A DNA stretch of 64,000 nt from Eledone cirrhosa (taxonomy: Eukaryota). The notes under the pieces are model-generated. The model was not told the origin of the DNA, ran no database searches, and worked only from the letters and a program-made list of their open reading frames with translations. The DNA lies in NCBI GenBank assembly GCA_964016885.1, contig OZ024752.1, forward strand, positions 1,674,001 through 1,738,000, given 5' to 3'. Below, piece after piece: positions 56,372 through 64,000 of the stretch. Position 1 is the first letter of the stretch. Every line of letters starts with the position of its first letter. A program made the translations under genes and the position numbers.

Positions 56372-57013
56372 ATGTATTTTGCAATACACTTTATGCTTAA
56401 TTAAAAGCATTTTGAAGACCGTAAGCTATTGTTTTAAAGTAGTGACAAAATCACTCACTTTGATCTCAGCAAACAGGGGAGATAAGCCGACCTGACATGT
56501 TTCGCTTTTGTTGAAGCGAAACATGTCATGTCGGCTTATCTCCCCTGTTTGCTGAGATCAAAGTGAGTGAATTTGTCACTACTTTAAAACAATAGCTTAC
56601 GGTCTTCAAAATGCTTTTAATTAAGCATAAAGTGTATTGCAAAATACATTATATATACATCCATATATATATTGCTATTTCAGAGCTCCAATTCTAATTT
56701 TTTATTTCTGCCTGACCAACAACCGCTCTGCATAATCAGCTCCTGATTATTTACTAGATTTCTATAAGAATATAACATCATTCATCTCAGTAGACAGGCG
56801 GGGTAGTTGGCCTTGATAAGCTTCAACAAAAGCGAAACATGTCAGGTCGGCTTATCTCCCCTGTTTGCTGAGATCAAAGTGAGTGAATTTGTCACTACTT
56901 TAAAACAATAGCTTACGGTCTTCAAAATGCTTTTAATTAAGCATAAAGTGTATTGCAAAATACATTATATATACATGCATATATATATTGCTATTTCAGA
57001 GCTCCAATTCTAA
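56361..57013. mobile_element. Inverted plus partial-tandem HHR element, family L (retrozyme-like)
   Basis: Inverted arm 56361-56510; direct copies ~56514-56697 and ~56830-57013. Confidence 0.88.
56805..56852 (+). ncRNA. Minimal type I hammerhead, U3-A8 variant, family L
   Basis: agttggcc TTGATAA gctt-caacaa-aagc GAAA catg TC a ggtcggct; palindromic ACATGT helix III. Confidence 0.68.
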
Positions 57014-57475
57014 TATATATATATATATATAAGGAAAGAATAATAAACCAGTTAGACATCATCCCCTTATTTCACTCTTCCTTTTCTAGTCTATCTTCCC
57101 CAATAACTCCCTTTAAGAAATACAAGGGAATTTACACTTTAGCCATTTGCTCTGAAGACACGGTAGGATAAACAGCAATTGAAAATTGAATATCTGCAAA
57201 TAAATAACTACCAATGTGCACGTACCATGACTAGACTGTGTAACTACTGTAGAAACATTTGTAAGCACTCGGAATAAATAACCTTTTTATGATGTCTACC
57301 TGTTTTATTATTCATTCTTTATCTACACTCCGGAATACAGAAGAATCGGAAACCCAGTTTCTTTAACTATTCTTTCATAACTCGCTGAATAACCCTTCAC
57401 CGTACGTCGACTCTATCTAGTGTAGTAATTAACCATTACTGCATTCAGGATAATCCTAAACATTTCTTGCATAAC

Positions 57476-57620
<145 letters not shown>

Positions 57621-60600
57621 TAAGTAAGTGTGAGAGTGAGGTATGTGGAAAGTGTGTCGTACAGAAATGATTGTACAATATTTTAAAATGATTCGTTGAA
57701 AGATAAAAATATAACCGCTTATAGAAGCACATTAATCACAGCATTGTCTCTATTGAATGTATCAAAAGGAAACTACTCACAGTAGAACGGTTGACATTAC
57801 AGAAATTGGATAAAACCTCTAAAAGTTTACGAAAACGATAATATTGTAACACAACCTAACAAAGATTGCATAGAAGATAGAAGAATTAAACATTGAAAAC
57901 AAATCAAAATGGGACACTTTAGTGAAAGAAATGAACAAATTTGCATCAAGTAGATTAACATTAAATAAAATAACTCACATGAAAAATATTCCAATGAGGA
58001 CAAGCAATAACAAAATATGTCGATTGTAAAGATTATATGATATATATTCTTCCACTAGAATCTCTCAAGGACAAGCTACAGATTATTTTGTTCGTCTTAG
58101 AAAAAGATTAATTCTTGTTAGACTTCACTATTTTACTCCTTTCTCCTTCCAATTATGTCTTTTTTTTACGATTTATTGTCTGAAAAAAATAAAGAATTTA
58201 TTCATATTTTTGTATTTATATATCTATTTTAGAATTGATATTTATTCAGTTAATTTGATGTTGTTTTTATTTGGCTCTATTCAGGCCTTTATATTTGTTG
58301 TTCCGTGTCAGGATTTTTATGAGGAAATTAATCCGAGTTTTTTGTATATGTATTCCGTTTTCAATATTTTTCTAAGAATTAAATCACCGATGTTTTGCTC
58401 ACAGAAATAGGATAATTGTAAACACCATCACCAGAAATGCACTCATGCGTCCTCATAGTTTTGTTATTTTCTACTTTATATCTGGTCAACAAATATATTT
58501 CAATAGATATGATGTCGGATGTAGCTCCGTTCGCACCCAAACCTTAGAAGCACACACTCATACAGAAGAAAATATAGAACGAATTGGTGTACAGATTGGA
58601 AAATGTAACATAATGTGTACAATGTTTGATTATATTTATTTATTCTCAACAAACATGTATCACTTCCCCTCATCGTAGTCGTCATTACTATCTCAATTCT
58701 AAAGATACATTGAGAATGAAGCGTGTAAAAGAAACTCAGATTGTTTCAATCAAACTGAAGCTCCTTAGCTACGTATATCGATCGCACACGTATCTTTCAA
58801 CACATGTTACAATTTCAAATATTAGCCTATGAATATTTCTTCACACTGTTTCAATCTTGACAATATATATAGTTTGACGCATTTCTAGTAAAACAATAGG
58901 CACTTTCCAGTCAAACTTAGCCATTTATGTATTTACATATATAACAAATATAATCTTGTGTAATAGCATCGGATATTTTATTCTGAATTCTAAGCAGTAG
59001 AAACGTTTACCGGAATATTTAATGTGGCTCAACTGCGACAAATTAGTCGGAGTTATTGGTGACCTCTTATTGAATTGACTCCAAACAAAATCAGTCACAT
59101 TTGTAGGTTGAAATTATTTCCAACTCTGAAATATGTACAACGGCTACGAGTACAGGATAAATAGAATTTCCATATGTATGTCGAAGAATATTCTCCACTT
59201 TACGCGGCATGAGACCACCCTACGAGATAAGGCTCAATTTGGACTTTGTTGAATGAACAGCAGCATACTGCTCCAATATATAAGACGCTCGCAAACAAAA
59301 TCCAGGATTCAAAATATAGTGACAAGGCCATCTAAGCTGTTAAATCAGAGTAGGAATTTGTGCAGCCTCCTGACACCAGGTACTGTAAGCTTAACTAGTA
59401 TCAATTGCATCTGTGATACGAGAGACACGGTTTAAAGCTTTAACACCATGGAGATAGGAAGAAACAAAAAGAAAGTAAAATCGTCAGAGACAGCACACAT
59501 ATTGTAATGCAGAGTTATTAGATATTATATGACCATTATATTAAGACCGAAGAAATATATACTTGAGAAAATCGTCGATTAATATTTGTTGAAGTTTACT
59601 GCGTAATACATATTTGAGTATGAATTAAATGTGAAGAGATTCGAAATTTCGTCCAGCACATCTCTGAAGATATATCATCGCCTCACAGTATAATACACAG
59701 CTAACATCTAAATTACATACACATATCCACTCTCGAATATTGTCCTAATTATTTTTATTCCATGAATACTGTTAACGTATTTATATTTTATTTTATATTC
59801 CAATTTGCTTTTTTCATTTGATTCCCTTTGAAGTAAAACATATTTTAAAGTTAATTTTTCTGTGATATACTTCCAATTATTTTGTTCCTCCTGGTAACAA
59901 ACTCCAAATATTTTTCCAATGTCATTAGATAGTCGAGAAATTTGGAACATATATAAAAGAAATATTATATTCTTGAGGTTCTATAAAAAAAATTCCAGAT
60001 ATATATTATCTATAACGATTTTATAGAAGGATTGGTGGATTTACTATTGTCTGTTTAATAATATTTTATTTATTTTATTCTGATAAATCATATACTTCCA
60101 AAGCTCTGCTGAAAATAATTGGGTAAACTTATCAAAGGATACAATTTCACCGATATATACTTACATTTATTTTTATTTTTAGAAAATAGCACATTGTATA
60201 ACGTTATTTTCTTTTAGTTTAATCGAACGATATTACTATGAAAATAAACAGTGTTTCACTATAAGCAATGCCCAATACATATAATATATTATCATGTAAT
60301 CATTTATAATACAAATATATTAAATCCTCAAAAATATATTCACTCAAAGACAACTTTTTTTTATATCCATAATGTTTATAATATATGCATATTATTCTCA
60401 TCAAGTTTCAGAAAGAATCAAATGTATCATAATTAACTAAATATATTGCTAATTATATCAGTTACTGGATTTAGATTCCCATTCACGCATATCTAATTAA
60501 ACATTTTATGCAATTAATGCAGCTGATAAAGGATTGTCTTTAATGAGTAGTAATCCATGTGGAAAACTGCCATCCCTCCAACCTTACATGTAAATGAAAT

Positions 60601-61544
60601 GCAGTACGTCTTGTATAATTTCTGGAGGTTATAAAAATGTGACATCATTAACCAGTGCATTACTGGAAAAGAAATTCGAATAAAACAGATGATAAATGTT
60701 CTTCACATATATAACACTTTAAATAGATATCACCTGCGATACGACGAAAAAGAGGTTTTAAATGTCATCTATTCGCTCGATCTAAAAAATGAGAAAAGTG
60801 TCAGCAGTACTCTTGGAAAATACGGCAACACGTTTACCGTCCATTTACTATCAATTTCAAACTGCACGCTCATATATGTGTATACGTATACACATATATC
60901 CACGCATAAACAGGTGCAAATACAAACATGCATATACACATTCACAATGTCTCACGGCAATCAACACGTTTTTCAATTATTATTTTTATAATTATTTTCT
61001 TTTCTTATCATATCTCACCAAAATATACATAGTTGCCTCCAATATATATATTTGAGTATGAATTGAATGTTATTCCATGAATATTGTTAACGTATTTAGA
61101 TTTTTGATCTCTCTAATATGATGACTGATGCTAATAATATTCCTAAATGATTGTTTAGCTCTTGTAATCCTTGTCAATCTGTTTAATGGTAACCACATTC
61201 AAAGATAAGGGAGCTAATATTTATCCTGGTCATCAGAAATCTTGTTTCGATCATAAATGAACAAATTACTCTGCAGGAAAGCCTTATACTGAAAATAATT
61301 TAGAGAAACTTATATAGCAAATGCATTTTCTATTCAACATATTACACTCTTCTCTATATATCATATTCATTTACAACGAAGATTTAATATACGCATACAA
61401 TCTTTCAGGAGGAAACATTATGCTTACCTAGATGAAAATCACTACTGCGAGGAAAATCCACTCAGATATATATATCTATATATATCCCTCTCTCTATATA
61501 TATATATATATTATATTATATTTCGGTATTTTAAGTATACATGG

Positions 61545-61654
<110 letters not shown>

Positions 61655-64000
61655 TTATTCATTGTTATTCTCATTTCAAAGTGACTATATTGTTTTTACT
61701 AGTATTCCCATGTTTGATGCAAATAGTTGCTCATTTTCTCGTTTCTTCCTCATTGAAGTACATTACTGCCCTGGCTGCATACTCTATGGTCTATGTAATA
61801 TTTACACCCAATTGGATAATTTACATCAGTGGCCACATTACTAAAGACAAAAGACTGCATTGCCTTTCATCATATTTCAGCTATATAACAACAGACGTAT
61901 ATATAAACACCAATTATATCAATATCGAGTGATCTAAATTTTATAGTGACCTCAATCGAATTGGGTTCACGGACTGGAAACAAAACTTGATTCAATGTGT
62001 TTATTCATTTAGACAAATATTGGAATCACTATTCGAAATCCTATAAATATGTAACAAAATACCTCTTTCTAGAAATTCATAAGAATCTCCTTATCACAAT
62101 CTGTACCAATAATTATGACACGAGAATAATAATGATTTGCTTTATTATCTCGGAGGTCAGAGACTGAGAACAGGATAAAGTCAACAGGTGAATGAAAACT
62201 GTGTGCTATTTTAAAATACACTGCATTTTGTTGACGCTGTAAGCACATACAAAAGAGTAAATCCATATTTGAGGAATAAACGTAATGCTGCCAGGTTCTG
62301 CATGCCCCGAAAAACAACGAAGCAAACACAAAATCTAAACGGAATTGACTCATATACGTAACGCTCATAGATATTTTTGTGTTTAATATATTACAAATGA
62401 CCGTAAATATCAAAATTCAGATTATAAAGACATACAAATCGCACACAAAATGAAAACTAACTAAAATAAGCACAACATTTTTCAGCCGAATGTAACTAAA
62501 AATATGTTAACACTTAAAATGAGTTTCATGAAAAAAACAGACGAAGAACTATATGTGCAAAAAACGTAACAAACTTGATACAAACACACCGGTTCCAGGT
62601 GAGAATCATGATATTCTAAATGTAGAACTGGACTTTGCTCCTCAAGCACCAACAATGAAATTGAAGATACATCAAAAGACAAGAGAAGAATATACGCTGA
62701 TCTTATAATCGTATTTTACGGCGAAACGAAAATACAGAAGCATATTAGGATGAAATATTGGCGAAAGATAACAGAGAGCTTAATTTAAGGCTCGACCCAA
62801 ACAGATTATGTAACTTAAGAATATACATATAAAAAAGAGCTAACACATATAAGAATATGTATAAGAACGCATAAACCACGACCAGAGAAATACCGACAAT
62901 GAAGCAACTAACAAAAATAGAAATACTTAGAATAATAACAAAATGTTAGAAATAACAGACACAATGTATAACAAACTCGACCAACCAAACTCCCTGGAAC
63001 ATCTACGGATCTGGAACAACGTAAATGGAAATACACATGAAAGGGAATAAATGGACGATGTGGAAAAAGCAATCTCTTATGAGGGAATTCAGAACAACAA
63101 AAGGATAAGGAGGGAAATGATGTGTGAATACAACGTGGACGAAAGAATGCGTCTTCGGAAGAGAAAACCCCCTCACAGAGGAGCAACAATTACCGTGAAA
63201 ATTATGATGATGTTGGTTATTCTTCGTGATATCGGCGAAGTTGTGGATGTTGATAATTATGATTAAGATGATAATGTTGATGATGTTAATGAGAATCCTC
63301 ATAGCATTTATCATCATTTCGAAACTATACATAGATAAATTTTAAGCCGAACAAACAAAATTGAATCCAATACCATATATAAACAACGGTAAACAAGAAC
63401 ACTGCATATGATATAAGAACTAGTATAATGTTTTCTATACAAATCATTCATCCATATCATGCTTTGTGAGTTTCTTTCAAGGAATATTTTTAAATATGCC
63501 GTTTTATATGAAACAAATGAGTGTCATTAATCCTTGAACACAAGAAACCATCAATTATGTAATTTATATTAACAACTTATTAATGGGGATTTATGAAAAC
63601 TACTCTGTAATTCAGTGTGGATTTTTCGAATTGATATATAATATCTGATAAAACTGATGTCATATGTTGGGAAATATTTCTCGAATTGTTACGCTGGTTA
63701 ATTCAAGGTCAATTAGAAAAGATTGATTTGCATCGAACGTAGGGGGATAATAAACAATTTCTTATATTTGAAGCCAATATTCGAAAAAAACATAGTTATA
63801 TATCAAGGAGATTACACTACATGCTCTATGTATATGTAGTTATATTTCCCATAATTATTCACAGCATGCTAATACGAAAGGAGCTAACTGATTATATGTA
63901 TTCCGAACTACTTTAGAATAAAATCCATGAGGTTGGGTTAAAAATAATTCCTTTCCTTTCTCTGATATAGTAGTTTAAAGAAATAGTGATATTCGAGAGT

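Overview
This is AT-rich, microsatellite-laden animal DNA; the SINE types and (TA)n density suggest a cephalopod such as Octopus (inference). I can support no intact protein-coding gene, and nearly all listed ORFs are microsatellite artefacts. The dominant structure is more than 25 insertions from about 12 sequence families, each sitting in a (TA)n tract and most forming a fold-back (inverted repeat) with both 3' ends pointing outward. Several carry Penelope-like retroelement (PLE) RT or GIY-YIG remnants, and most families carry a type I hammerhead ribozyme (HHR) motif that folds by eye, including U3-A8 covariant and other variant cores. Palindromic copies therefore present a ribozyme motif on both strands, and one locus looks like a ~316-nt non-coding retrozyme-type tandem unit. 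Also present: a decayed hAT transposon with an apparent 5-bp TSD and a nearby empty paralogous site, an R4/Dong LINE 3' end, a Helitron-type element, a 50-bp-TIR element, tRNA-derived SINEs and faint decayed cadherin-like traces. All folds, alignments and coordinates were read by eye; family letters are my own labels.
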